From Methanothermus fervidus DSM 2088 (GTDB taxonomy: Archaea > Methanobacteriota > Methanobacteria > DSM-2088 > Methanothermaceae), in assembly GCA_000166095.1 (NCBI GenBank), contig CP002278.1:480001-512000 (forward strand): DNA of 32,000 nt, written 5' to 3'. This document shows positions 20,341 through 29,838 of this stretch, one piece after another. The position numbers were made by a program, and so were the translations under genes. Under the pieces are notes generated by a model that ran no database searches, was not told the DNA's origin, and saw only the letters and a program-made list of their open reading frames with translations. Numbering within the stretch: position 1 is the stretch's first letter; each line of letters opens with the position of its first letter.

Positions 20341-21495
20341 CTACTCAAGTTGAGTTATCCAATTGCTAATATCATCGTGATCTGCTGTGAGATATTCTTT
20401 TGTGAATGTATTAGCTACTTCACGTAATAATTTTACAGATAATGGATGTAACATCATAAAAAGGTCAACACCGCAAAGCATAGCTGTTAATCCAGTTATT
20501 ATCTCCCAAAGAGGTCCTCGGTAATCAGTAGGTCCCCATTCATCTTTTTTCATCCATGCTTCCCTTGATCCCCAAGCATTCGTAGTTCCTGAAGACATAG
20601 GCATCTGTAAATCTGTATCACCTTTTAATGCAGATAATCTAGTTCTAATCATCACATCAATAGAGAATTCTATTCCATAACCAAGTGCACATGTTGTTGG
20701 ATCCATCACAATATCTTCATGGCTCAATCCTTCTTTAAGTAAATATTTGTTCAGAGTTTTTTGCATGTTTATATCAGTAATGGCCCAAGATAATACAGCA
20801 TGATCATATTCTATTGCAGCTTTAGCAACTCTTTTATAATCTAAATCAAGGTTTGCAGATGCTAAAAGACACCTTTCACCTTCTGCAGCTTCTGCAGCTT
20901 TTTCTAATACGATAGGATCTTTTTTTGGGTCTCCTGACCCTCCTATTACTAAAGGAACATCTACAGCCTGTAAAACTTCTTCTATATCTTTGGCAGCATC
21001 TTTAGGTGATCTATCCATAACTTTAGGGCCTGTACCAATTAAATGAATGGTAACCATGTCTGCTCCATATTCCTTCACAGCTTTTTTTGCCCATTCTCCG
21101 GGGTCGTCCATCACATCTTCAAAATGTTCTCTTATAGGCCGTGGGAGACCAGGCATTGGTATATCAAAAACATCGAATGTAACTACTGGTGGATTTGGTT
21201 GTGGTTCTTCAAACCTATATAATGCTTTTTGACCTCCTAATCTAATTTCTTTCCTATTCTTTCCGCCTCCTAATTTTACTTCATTTATTTTTCCAGGATA
21301 TGATTTTATAGGTGGTTCAAATTCTATTTTTTCTTCTTTTTCAATTTTTTCTTTTCTTTCTTCAACAACTTTTTGAGCTTCTTTTATTACAGGCATTAGT
21401 TGAAGTTCAAGGCTGTCAACTTCAATCTTAAAATTTTCTAATTCAATTGATTCCACATCTTCAAGTAATTTTAAAAGTTTATTTATCTCCTTCAT
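20341..21495 (-). CDS. cdhD: Acetyl-CoA decarbonylase/synthase delta subunit (corrinoid/Fe-S protein small subunit)
   Basis: A TIM-barrel-like region (VTIHLIGTGP..., PLVIGGSGDP) and the operon position support the call. ATG 21495 lies 1 nt after the cooC stop and has AGAGGA 6 nt upstream. The track's TTG 21519 would overlap cooC. Confidence 0.9.
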   Translation of the reverse strand: MKEINKLLKLLEDVESIELENFKIEVDSLELQLMPVIKEAQKVVEERKEKIEKEEKIEFEPPIKSYPGKINEVKLGGGKNRKEIRLGGQKALYRFEEPQPNPPVVTFDVFDIPMPGLPRPIREHFEDVMDDPGEWAKKAVKEYGADMVTIHLIGTGPKVMDRSPKDAAKDIEEVLQAVDVPLVIGGSGDPKKDPIVLEKAAEAAEGERCLLASANLDLDYKRVAKAAIEYDHAVLSWAITDINMQKTLNKYLLKEGLSHEDIVMDPTTCALGYGIEFSIDVMIRTRLSALKGDTDLQMPMSSGTTNAWGSREAWMKKDEWGPTDYRGPLWEIITGLTAMLCGVDLFMMLHPLSVKLLREVANTFTKEYLTADHDDISNWITQLE

Positions 21496-21496
21496 T

Positions 21497-22270
21497 TTAA
21501 TTCCTCTTTTCATTTTCAATTGTTAATATTGAATTTAAAATTTTTTTTACAGCCTTTACAGATTTTGCATTTTCAGGTAACTCTATAAGTGGTTTACCTT
21601 CCATATCGTATTTTTCAACTAATGGATCCTCAGGTATTATTCCAATTACTTCTAATCCGCATTTTCTTGCTTTTTGTATTAGTTCATCTTTATATTCTTC
21701 CTTAGCACGGTTTATAATTAAAAAAAGTTTTTTAAATTTAATTTCAAGTTCTTTGGCTAATTCAGCTATTCTTTTTGCAGTCATTATTCCTCGTTGCGAA
21801 GAATCTGTTACAACTAACATTATATCTACGTCTTGCGTTGTTCTCCTACTTAGATGTTCTAAACCTGCCTCAGTATCAATTACTACATAATCATAATTGG
21901 AAGATAGTTCAGCTATTATCTTCCTTAGCATAGTATTAACAGCACAATAACAGCCACTCCCTTCAGGCCTACCCATTACAAGTAAATCAAAATTTTTTGT
22001 TTCAACTAGTACTTCCATAGTCCTATATTCCAAAATACTCCATTTATCAACGCCTGGTGGTATTTTACCAGTGGAAGTTTCTTTTTTTAATTCTTCTCTC
22101 ACATCTCCTAAAGTTTTTTCGTAATTTACTCCCAATGCATCTGCTAAATTTGAATCTGGATCAGCATCGATTGCAAGGATATCTTTTCCAGTTTTAATTA
22201 AATGTCTGATTAAATGAGCAGCCACCATCGTTTTTCCAGTGCCGCCTTTACCACTAACTGCGATTATCAT
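21497..22270 (-). CDS. cooC: CooC/AcsF-type Ni-insertion ATPase (CO dehydrogenase maturation factor)
   Basis: The deviant Walker A SGKGGTGKT, the metal-binding CxC in GSGCYCAVN, and insertion between cdhC and cdhD match known cdh operons. Confidence 0.88.
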   Translation of the reverse strand: MIIAVSGKGGTGKTMVAAHLIRHLIKTGKDILAIDADPDSNLADALGVNYEKTLGDVREELKKETSTGKIPPGVDKWSILEYRTMEVLVETKNFDLLVMGRPEGSGCYCAVNTMLRKIIAELSSNYDYVVIDTEAGLEHLSRRTTQDVDIMLVVTDSSQRGIMTAKRIAELAKELEIKFKKLFLIINRAKEEYKDELIQKARKCGLEVIGIIPEDPLVEKYDMEGKPLIELPENAKSVKAVKKILNSILTIENEKRN

Positions 22271-22277
22271 TAAATCC

Positions 22278-23645
22278 CTATTTTTTCTTTTTTATTATAA
22301 TCTTTTCAGCATATATTTTGGCGTTTTTCAACACAATTCTTACCCCACCAGAGGTTGGCAACGCCAATTCAGGTGCATAAACAGCAGGAGTTTCTTCTGC
22401 TTCTTCTTTTTCTTCTTTTTTTTCCTTTGTAACTTCTTTTTCTTCTTTCCATCTTTTTACAATTGGATGTCCTTTCTCTTTTAAAAATTCTTTTATTTCT
22501 TCTATTGTAACAGCTTCTTCTTCTGTCGGTATTTTATCTCTCAATTCCTCTGGTATGAAATCAAATACCATTTCCTTGATTTCTTTTGGCATCCATACAA
22601 TTCTTTCGTATCCACCATCAGCCCTTAAAAATTTTGGTGATCGCATATATTCAATAGATAAGCCACAAAAACCTTCAACTTGTTTTCCACCAGAACATTG
22701 ACCGGCCATGGTTGAAAATGGTATACCTAATGGTGTTTCTCCTTTGTAATTCCTATGTACAATGCCTATACCATCCAATTCAGGTATGTAAAATGCTATT
22801 GCTTCAAAACATCCGCAAGAAGTATGAGGATATTCAAAAACACTGTGTAAATATACTTTTTCTATTGTACCTTGTGATTTTTCCAGTACTGCATCATTTG
22901 CACCACTATATTCACCCCTAATTTCATCTATAACTTCCCCCTTTTCTACTTCGAATATAGGACCCTCAGGATCTATTTTATGTGCGGCCCTACAATCAAA
23001 CCAATTCATGGCACCACATAATGCAGGCCTGTCAGGAGTTACTATACAAACATGAGTGGGTGCAAAAGATTGGCACATCACACAACCATAAAATACATCT
23101 ACATCTTCTTCTGAAAGTTCTCTTACTCGAGCATCTCTTTTTTCATATACTTTACGTGCCTCTTCTACAAATTCTTTCACTTTTTCTTCATCAGTGATTA
23201 AAGTTACAGATATTTTATCTATAATATTGAATTCTTCTTTGAATAATGCAATTAGTACTTCTCCTAAATGTTTCAATCTAAATCCAGCTTCCTTTGCCTC
23301 TACACTAACTCTACACCAAATTTGATCTCTCTGATTTAAATGCATAAATCCTTGAACATAATTGCATAATTCATGTATTTTTCTTTCTATAACTCCTTCA
23401 AGGTCTTCTTCAAGGTCTTTTCCAGCTATTTCAATTTTTATACCAAATGGATGCCTCTCACCTTGTTTCATTTCGTCAAGATCGGGGCCAATAACTTTTA
23501 TTCTGCCATCTTCCACATCCTCTTTAACTCTTACAAGTTCTGCACCTATGGATTTTGGACCTGCCAGCTCAACAAACATGTTAGCTGATCTTATTCTTTC
23601 ACCCTCGTATGCTGCTCCAACATTCACTGGTATGTTTTCAAACAT
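22278..23645 (-). CDS. cdhC: Acetyl-CoA decarbonylase/synthase beta subunit (A-cluster acetyl-CoA synthase)
   Basis: The A-cluster ligand region is CVMCQSFAPTHVCIVTPDRPALCGA plus HTSCGCFE. 455 aa with a K/E-rich linker and a C-terminal tail. Confidence 0.93.
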   Translation of the reverse strand: MFENIPVNVGAAYEGERIRSANMFVELAGPKSIGAELVRVKEDVEDGRIKVIGPDLDEMKQGERHPFGIKIEIAGKDLEEDLEGVIERKIHELCNYVQGFMHLNQRDQIWCRVSVEAKEAGFRLKHLGEVLIALFKEEFNIIDKISVTLITDEEKVKEFVEEARKVYEKRDARVRELSEEDVDVFYGCVMCQSFAPTHVCIVTPDRPALCGAMNWFDCRAAHKIDPEGPIFEVEKGEVIDEIRGEYSGANDAVLEKSQGTIEKVYLHSVFEYPHTSCGCFEAIAFYIPELDGIGIVHRNYKGETPLGIPFSTMAGQCSGGKQVEGFCGLSIEYMRSPKFLRADGGYERIVWMPKEIKEMVFDFIPEELRDKIPTEEEAVTIEEIKEFLKEKGHPIVKRWKEEKEVTKEKKEEKEEAEETPAVYAPELALPTSGGVRIVLKNAKIYAEKIIIKKKK

Positions 23646-23658
23646 TTAGATCCCCTAA

Positions 23659-24138
23659 TTAGCTTTCTAATATTTTTTTAAGATATTTTAACCATCTTCT
23701 ATTATCCATATTAGGAAAAGATGCATATGCATTTGGATAATAATGTTTACATATAGTAATAGTCTTAATATGTGGGGCAAAATGTTTTAATGATGATAAA
23801 CATTGTAACAAAACATTGTAATTACATCCAATAAAAATCACTAGATTGTATTGACCTTTGCCATCTAAACCTTTCCATTGTTTGTCTTGAAGTAAATTCA
23901 CAATTTCAACTAACCCATAGGCCTTTGCTTCAACATTTTTTTCGGCAAAAAATTTGTAAGTATTTGCAGTAGCAACTACAGGTAAATTCCATCGTTTTAT
24001 TATATTAATCACTAAATCTAATACAGAATTTTCTATTACTAATGGACCTGCAACTAACAAAGGTCTATCAAATCTTTTTAACATCGATTTAAAAGTTTCA
24101 GGCTTCAATCTCATTGCATTTTTCCTAATGGTATACAC
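23659..24138 (-). CDS. cdhB: Acetyl-CoA decarbonylase/synthase epsilon subunit
   Basis: Size (about 150-160 aa) and position between cdhA and cdhC support the call. The start is uncertain, either GTG 24138 or ATG 24114. Confidence 0.8.
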   Translation of the reverse strand: MYTIRKNAMRLKPETFKSMLKRFDRPLLVAGPLVIENSVLDLVINIIKRWNLPVVATANTYKFFAEKNVEAKAYGLVEIVNLLQDKQWKGLDGKGQYNLVIFIGCNYNVLLQCLSSLKHFAPHIKTITICKHYYPNAYASFPNMDNRRWLKYLKKILES

Positions 24139-24144
24139 CTCTCT

Positions 24145-26469
24145 TTATGGATACCTATAGTGTAAACATGAGGGTTCAGATGGTGCTTTACGTGGTTTCC
24201 AATTCTTTTTCTTTAAAAATTCCATTACTTCTTTCTTATGAACTATGGGTATATCTTTCTCAGTTCTGACAAATTTATGGACATCTGGTGGCATTCTACC
24301 GTAATGCTTTTTATATAAATCAATATAATTGTTCAATTTTGTCTGTCTTCCTCTTGGAGTATCATTTGGTCTTATACATAACTTTGCTATGAGTGGTTCA
24401 GCTTCTTCCCTAGTTTCTGCAACATAGAGTAAATGTTCTGGTGCAGGTTCCCCATCTATTTTCTTTTTTGACCTCAAATCGATTATTTGTCTAGATTCTT
24501 TATCATGTGTCCTTCCTAACAATATTCTTCTATATTTAAGTGAATGAGGGCCAAGTATTACAGGTATTCCCCATCTATTTAACCCTGTAAAAATAGCTGC
24601 TGCTTTTTGAGAATATGCACCCCAAGCAACGCCACATACACCTATTCTATTTAATATATAATCAGCTATTTCCTCAAAATTACCTTTTAGTGGTTTTCGT
24701 GCAAATATATTGGCAATTTTTATAGCAGCTCCTGAAGCATGTGCATTAGAAATACAAGATCCAAGATTCACAAGCCCACCTGCTTCAAATCTTGCAGGAT
24801 ATTTTTCATACAATGTTTTGCCATCTTCGTCCTTAAACTCAGCAATTGACATTGCTGAACATCCAGTAGTTACAACTATGTAATTTCTTTTTAAAAATTC
24901 CTCGGCCATCAATGCAACATCTTTCCCACCTTTTGGATAATTACTACATCCAACAAATGCTATTACGCCAGGAATTTCTCCGAATACAATGGGTGCTCCA
25001 ACTCTCCTTATCTCTACGTCCTGTACAGGACCTCTACCAGCTCTTATTTTAAATTTTTCCTTTTTTACGAATCTTTCTCCAGCCTTCGTTATCATTGAAA
25101 CAATGGGAAGATTTCTTTTGCAGACTTGTTCACAACGTCCACAAGTGTAACATAATTCGATACATAATTTTTCTAATTTAGATAAATCACCTTTACTTGC
25201 AGAAACAATGGCATCCATAACCGGAAAATTATTTGGACATGCTTTATCACATAATCCACATTTTATACATTTTTTAGCTTTTTCAATAATCTCTTTTTCG
25301 TCAAGTAATCTTTTTATATTTTTTCTTAATTTAGATACTTTTATTGCAGCTTTAACTGCCACTTCGCCAACTTTCTTTGGATCAAGTATTAATGCACCTT
25401 TTATTTCTCTTTTAACTAATTTAGAAACTATTACATCCGGATCTTCCTTTGTCATATCTGGTAAGCCAAGACATATTTTATCTGTGGTAGCTATAACTAA
25501 AGAATCCTTTTTGAGGGCCTCATCTAGTATGTCAGCACGAACACATTGCTCATCAACTATAACTACATCAGCTATACCACTTCTTATAAACCTAAGTTGT
25601 TTAGATAATGGTCCAACAATTTTTGCACTGCTATTATATCTACTCATGTCAATAGCAGTGCAACATATCCCACAAACCTCTACTTTATCTTCTAAATTAT
25701 TTTCCTCAAGGTAATCGATAATATCAGCGCCAGGAAGGACATTGTGACCTACACAAAGTATCACGGGTTTTTCTTTATCAATAGTTCCAAGTCCTAAATC
25801 TATAAGTTCTGTGTCTTCTTCTCCTTTTGGTAAATTTAAAGTGACTATTTGGCAGATATCAGCTACTTCTTTTGCAACTTCATCCATTAATCCTGCATGG
25901 AAAGCTTTTGACTCATAATCAAGATGATTTCCTTCTTGCCCAGTGTGGCATGCTGCTAATAAATGAGACATTTCTTTTTCAACATATTCAATAACTTTTT
26001 TAAGATCTCCCAAAACCTTTGGTTCTTTTCCATAAACAGTTCTAATGATGGGGGCCTCAACATTAATATTATTTCCAAGATCTATAGGGTGATCATGCCC
26101 AAATTCTTCAATTAGATTATCTAGAAGATGCCTTGCATGTGCAGCGTGTGCAGCAGTACCCATAAGGCATGTCAGTAACATCATTCTCGCTTGTTGTGTT
26201 TTAGCATTTATTCCACATGCTCCTTCTTTTCCTAATAAATCACATTTTCCAAAAGTACATAAACAACATTCATCACAGAGTGGAGCATATAATGGTTTAT
26301 AACGACTTAATAATACATAATCCCATTTCCTAAAATCAGCTAAATTAGGTTTGGGAGTAGGACCTTTTAAAATTTCTTCTTCAGCCTCCGTAATTATTTT
26401 TCCAATTGATATTTGAATATTATTAATTTTTAGTGCATTTTTTATGAGATTATTTTTTTCAGATGCCAT
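24145..26469 (-). CDS. cdhA: Acetyl-CoA decarbonylase/synthase alpha subunit (Ni-CO dehydrogenase)
   Basis: About 775 aa. N-terminal Cys clusters ([18 protein letters not shown]) and the archaeal-type inserted ferredoxin domain ([23 protein letters not shown]) are present. The start is ATG 26469 or GTG 26478. Confidence 0.93.
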   Translation of the reverse strand: MASEKNNLIKNALKINNIQISIGKIITEAEEEILKGPTPKPNLADFRKWDYVLLSRYKPLYAPLCDECCLCTFGKCDLLGKEGACGINAKTQQARMMLLTCLMGTAAHAAHARHLLDNLIEEFGHDHPIDLGNNINVEAPIIRTVYGKEPKVLGDLKKVIEYVEKEMSHLLAACHTGQEGNHLDYESKAFHAGLMDEVAKEVADICQIVTLNLPKGEEDTELIDLGLGTIDKEKPVILCVGHNVLPGADIIDYLEENNLEDKVEVCGICCTAIDMSRYNSSAKIVGPLSKQLRFIRSGIADVVIVDEQCVRADILDEALKKDSLVIATTDKICLGLPDMTKEDPDVIVSKLVKREIKGALILDPKKVGEVAVKAAIKVSKLRKNIKRLLDEKEIIEKAKKCIKCGLCDKACPNNFPVMDAIVSASKGDLSKLEKLCIELCYTCGRCEQVCKRNLPIVSMITKAGERFVKKEKFKIRAGRGPVQDVEIRRVGAPIVFGEIPGVIAFVGCSNYPKGGKDVALMAEEFLKRNYIVVTTGCSAMSIAEFKDEDGKTLYEKYPARFEAGGLVNLGSCISNAHASGAAIKIANIFARKPLKGNFEEIADYILNRIGVCGVAWGAYSQKAAAIFTGLNRWGIPVILGPHSLKYRRILLGRTHDKESRQIIDLRSKKKIDGEPAPEHLLYVAETREEAEPLIAKLCIRPNDTPRGRQTKLNNYIDLYKKHYGRMPPDVHKFVRTEKDIPIVHKKEVMEFLKKKNWKPRKAPSEPSCLHYRYP

Positions 26470-26485
26470 ATTCCTCACAATTTTT

Positions 26486-26509
26486 AATGATTTATAATGA
26501 TTTATAATG
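26486..26509 (-). promoter_or_regulatory. Tandem 10-bp duplication carrying TATA-like boxes (minus strand CATTATAAAT x2.4) upstream of cdhA
   Basis: The plus strand reads AATGATTTAT AATGATTTAT AATG. On the minus strand, the TTATAAAT boxes are centred about 25 and 35 nt upstream of ATG 26469. Confidence 0.4.
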
Positions 26510-26552
26510 CTGTTTTTACTTAAGTCATAACTATTATATGAAGTTATTGGTT

Positions 26553-26579
26553 CTAAATTTAGTAATATGTAAATTTAGT
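26553..26579. promoter_or_regulatory. Two copies of TAAATTTAGT, each containing the palindrome TAAATTTA, 16 bp apart. Candidate operator.
   Basis: The sequence is cTAAATTTAGTaatatgTAAATTTAGT. The first copy extends to the perfect 10-bp palindrome CTAAATTTAG. It lies in the 153-bp cdhA/ade divergent region. Confidence 0.3.
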
Positions 26580-26631
26580 TGAGTATTACAAAGAATATGA
26601 ATTTTGTAAAACTTATCTTAAAATATAAAAA

Positions 26632-28356
26632 TTGGTGATAATTTTGAAAGTTCTAAAAAGATTGATACATGTTTCTTTAGGAAGGAAAAACGCTGATTTG
26701 GTTTTAAAAAATTGTAATGTTTTTAATAGTTTTACTGGTGAATTTATAGAGGGAGATATTGCCATAACTTCTGGATATATAGCAGGAGTTGGTAAATATT
26801 CAGGAAAAAAAGAAATTAATCTTGATAATGCATATGTAACACCTGGATTTATCGATGGCCATGTACATATTGAAAGTTCGATGGTATCTCCACTAGAATT
26901 TGCTAAAGCAGTAGTACCTCTAGGAACATTGACAGCAATAATAGATCCTCACGAAATTGCCAATGTTTTAGGGGAAGAAGGTATAAAGTACATATTAAAT
27001 TCAACAAAAGATCTACCAATGAATATTTATGTTATGTTACCTTCTTGTGTACCAGCCACATCATTAGAAACATCTGGATCAAGATTAACTGCAGAAAATC
27101 TGAAAAAATTTATTGATCACCCAAGGGTTTTAGGTTTAGGAGAATTAATGGATTATGAAGGTGTGTTAGAAACATCGGAAGAAATATTAAAAAAAATAGA
27201 AATCGCCAAAAACAAAATAGTCGATGGACATGCGCCTGGCCTTAAAGGGAAAAAGATAAATGCTTACGCATCTGCAGGAATAAAATCTGACCATGAATGT
27301 ATCAATGTTGAAGAAGCAAAGGATAGATTACTTTGTGGAATGTATTTAATGATAAGAGAAGGATCTGTAGCAAAAAATTTAAAAGATCTTTTACCAGTTG
27401 TAAATGAAAATACTGTCCATCGATGTTTTTTTGTAACTGATGATCGCAATCCTGAAGATATCATTGAACTAGGATCAATAAATCATATGATTAAAATTGC
27501 TGTAGATTATGGTATAGATATTTCTAAAGCCCTTCAGATGGCTACAATAAACGCTGCTAATTATTTTAGGCTTGATAAACTAGGTGCAATAGCACCAGGA
27601 TATATAGCTGACATATTAGTTTTTGAAGATTTCAAAGAGTTTAAACCTAAAATTGTTTTTAAGGATGGTAAATTAGTTGCTAAAAATGGTAAAATTATTT
27701 CAAAAATTAAAACAAAGACAGAAAAAATTGGAAATACAATGAAAGTAAAGGAACCAAAAGAAAGTAAGTTAAAAGTGCCAGCAAAATCTGAAAAAGCATA
27801 TGTAATTGGCCTTGTCCCTGGTCAACTTATTACTAAAAAACTTAAGATGAAATTACCAATCAAAGATGGCTATTTTAGACCTTCACCAAGTAAAGATGTT
27901 GTAAAGTTAGCAGTTTTTGAAAGACATAAATATACAGGAAATGTAGGTGTCGGATTCTTACATGGTCTTGGTCTTAAAAAAGGAGCAATAGCCTCTACAG
28001 TTGCACATGATTCTCATAACATAGTTGTGGCTGGAGTCAAAGATGAAGATATTTTATTAGCCGTAAAAGAATTAATAAGAATGAGTGGTGGGATAGTAGT
28101 AGTAGAGGAAGGAAAAGTTAAAGGCTCTTTGCCATTGCCAATAGCTGGATTGATGTCAGATAAAAAAATTCATAACGTTTACTCAAAATTAAAAAAACTA
28201 AAAAAATTATGCCTGGAGTTAGGAATTCATCATTACAACCCATTTATGGTGTTATCTTTCATGAGTTTACCAGTTATACCTGAAATTAGACTCACAGATA
28301 AAGGTTTAGTCGATGTAAATACCTCATCAATAATATCTGTGTCAGTCAAAGAATAA
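26632..28356 (+). CDS. ade: Adenine deaminase (amidohydrolase superfamily)
   Basis: The metal-binding GFIDGHVHIESS, the later HAPG and TDD motifs, and a length of about 570 aa are typical of Ade. The start is uncertain among TTG 26632, GTG 26635 and TTG 26644. GGTGAT at 26634-26639 favours 26644. Confidence 0.88.
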   Translation: MVIILKVLKRLIHVSLGRKNADLVLKNCNVFNSFTGEFIEGDIAITSGYIAGVGKYSGKKEINLDNAYVTPGFIDGHVHIESSMVSPLEFAKAVVPLGTLTAIIDPHEIANVLGEEGIKYILNSTKDLPMNIYVMLPSCVPATSLETSGSRLTAENLKKFIDHPRVLGLGELMDYEGVLETSEEILKKIEIAKNKIVDGHAPGLKGKKINAYASAGIKSDHECINVEEAKDRLLCGMYLMIREGSVAKNLKDLLPVVNENTVHRCFFVTDDRNPEDIIELGSINHMIKIAVDYGIDISKALQMATINAANYFRLDKLGAIAPGYIADILVFEDFKEFKPKIVFKDGKLVAKNGKIISKIKTKTEKIGNTMKVKEPKESKLKVPAKSEKAYVIGLVPGQLITKKLKMKLPIKDGYFRPSPSKDVVKLAVFERHKYTGNVGVGFLHGLGLKKGAIASTVAHDSHNIVVAGVKDEDILLAVKELIRMSGGIVVVEEGKVKGSLPLPIAGLMSDKKIHNVYSKLKKLKKLCLELGIHHYNPFMVLSFMSLPVIPEIRLTDKGLVDVNTSSIISVSVKE

Positions 28357-28359
28357 GAT

Positions 28360-28704
28360 TTATTTTAGCTTTTCTTCAGCTTTTGCAGCACATGTAGTCA
28401 TTCTATTCAATACATCTCTAATATTCTCTTTTACCATATCATAATTTTTTGAATTAAAATTCTCTAAACAACTTTCAATTTTTTCTGATGATTCCTCAAA
28501 ATATTTTTCTGCCCAAGGTATTCCAGAACATATGTTCATACCTAATTTGATTTCTTTTTCACATCCTTTTATAATCTCTAACATAAGTCTTTCAAGATCT
28601 TTAGATTTGTTTAAATTAATGTATACATCAAATATTCTAAATAACTCCAACAAGAATGCTTTTGCTCTATCAGCATAATGAAAAACAAGTATCTCCTCTT
28701 TCAT
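28360..28704 (-). CDS. Hypothetical 114-aa helical protein (no family recognised)
   Basis: The ORF lies 21 nt downstream of the VWA gene on the same strand. It has heptad-like helical composition and 4 scattered Cys residues. I recognise no motif. Confidence 0.5.
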   Translation of the reverse strand: MKEEILVFHYADRAKAFLLELFRIFDVYINLNKSKDLERLMLEIIKGCEKEIKLGMNICSGIPWAEKYFEESSEKIESCLENFNSKNYDMVKENIRDVLNRMTTCAAKAEEKLK

Positions 28705-28725
28705 CTTATCCCTACTTATATTTTG

Positions 28726-29838
28726 TTACAATTCTTCTATTACTCCTGCCAGTTGTCTTAAAGTTCTAACTTCTTTAACTATGGCTCCCATCTCTCTATA
28801 ATATGAAACACAACTATCTACAACATCCCATTTATTTTTTGGTTCTGGATTTAAAATTATCACGCCTTTACTTTTTTTACACATTTCATGTATTAGTTTT
28901 GCACTCATTGGAAAATTTTTTATTCTTGGACCTGCCCAATCACGACAATCACTGAGTATGATTATATATGATTTTTTATCGATTCTAACTTTTTTAAGGA
29001 AGTCTTTAAATGCTAGATACATGTTTGATATGCCATGTACCATCATGTTTTTCTGTCTTAAATCTCTTATTTTTGCGAATGCATCCAATATATTATCTTC
29101 TTTTAAAGCTTCTGTTGTTTCAATTATTTTATTATCAAAATCATAAAACTTTGACCTATAAAAAGTGTGTTGTGCAGCATAAATAATGCAGAAAAACCAA
29201 CTACTTACCCATTCACAAGATCCACTTACATCGCAAAGAAAAATATGCTGACTACGTTTAACACGAGGCTTTGATTTAACTAATTCTAACAATACTCCTC
29301 CATGTTTTATATTTTTACGTATACTTTTTCTTATATCTGGTTTACCTTGTTTATCTATCCTTAACCTTCTTGATCTTTTATTAGCGATTTTTATCCCTAA
29401 TTTTTTACATAAATCAAATAATTTTGGATTAAATTGTAATGTTGTCACATCTCTATCTAAAAGAGATATTTCATCAGAATTAAAATCATTAATTTCTTCC
29501 AATCTAGGTCCAAATTCTATGATTTCTTCATCAGGTATATTTTCAGACGTATCTTTAATTTTTACTGTATTTTGTGTAAAAACGAATTCTTTAATAGTTT
29601 TTGAGTCTTTTGAACTTTTCTTTTCTTTTGAATTTAAATTTTCAAAAACTTCTTTAAATGCTTCTTCAAACAATTTTTCCTGACTTTTATCTTTTACATA
29701 AATTGCCTTCAACGCTTTCTTTAATAATCTTTTTTTTCTCTTAAAAATATTATAAGCTCTGTAAGCGTCCTTCGTACTTCTTATACTTACAGGAATTCCT
29801 TTTTCTCTTAATTTATTTGATAAATCAATAATTTTCAT
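28726..29838 (-). CDS. VWA-domain protein, CoxE-like
   Basis: The MIDAS motif DVSGS occurs in [13 protein letters not shown], preceded by [14 protein letters not shown] and followed by [10 protein letters not shown] and [12 protein letters not shown]. That layout is characteristic of the CoxE-type VWA family. The start overlaps the MoxR stop as ATGA. Confidence 0.75.
   Translation of the reverse strand: MKIIDLSNKLREKGIPVSIRSTKDAYRAYNIFKRKKRLLKKALKAIYVKDKSQEKLFEEAFKEVFENLNSKEKKSSKDSKTIKEFVFTQNTVKIKDTSENIPDEEIIEFGPRLEEINDFNSDEISLLDRDVTTLQFNPKLFDLCKKLGIKIANKRSRRLRIDKQGKPDIRKSIRKNIKHGGVLLELVKSKPRVKRSQHIFLCDVSGSCEWVSSWFFCIIYAAQHTFYRSKFYDFDNKIIETTEALKEDNILDAFAKIRDLRQKNMMVHGISNMYLAFKDFLKKVRIDKKSYIIILSDCRDWAGPRIKNFPMSAKLIHEMCKKSKGVIILNPEPKNKWDVVDSCVSYYREMGAIVKEVRTLRQLAGVIEEL

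Noticed and set aside
22239-22484. A plus-strand ORF encoding poly-Phe (FFCFFFFFFFFLCNFFFFF) over a long pyrimidine tract.
   Set aside because: It is the antisense of the K/E-rich linker (WKEEKEVTKEKKEEKEEAE, about 22395-22451) near the CdhC C-terminus. It reflects a compositional feature of cdhC and is not a gene or a repeat element.
25532-25555. A C/D-like motif inside cdhA on the minus strand (TGATGA followed by 14 nt and CTGA). A similar one lies inside ade at 27437-27455 (CTGATGA, 8 nt, CTGA).
   Set aside because: Each has a single box pair, wrong spacer lengths (14 and 8 nt instead of about 12), no C'/D' pair and no terminal stem. Both are embedded in well-conserved coding sequence, so they are most likely chance matches.
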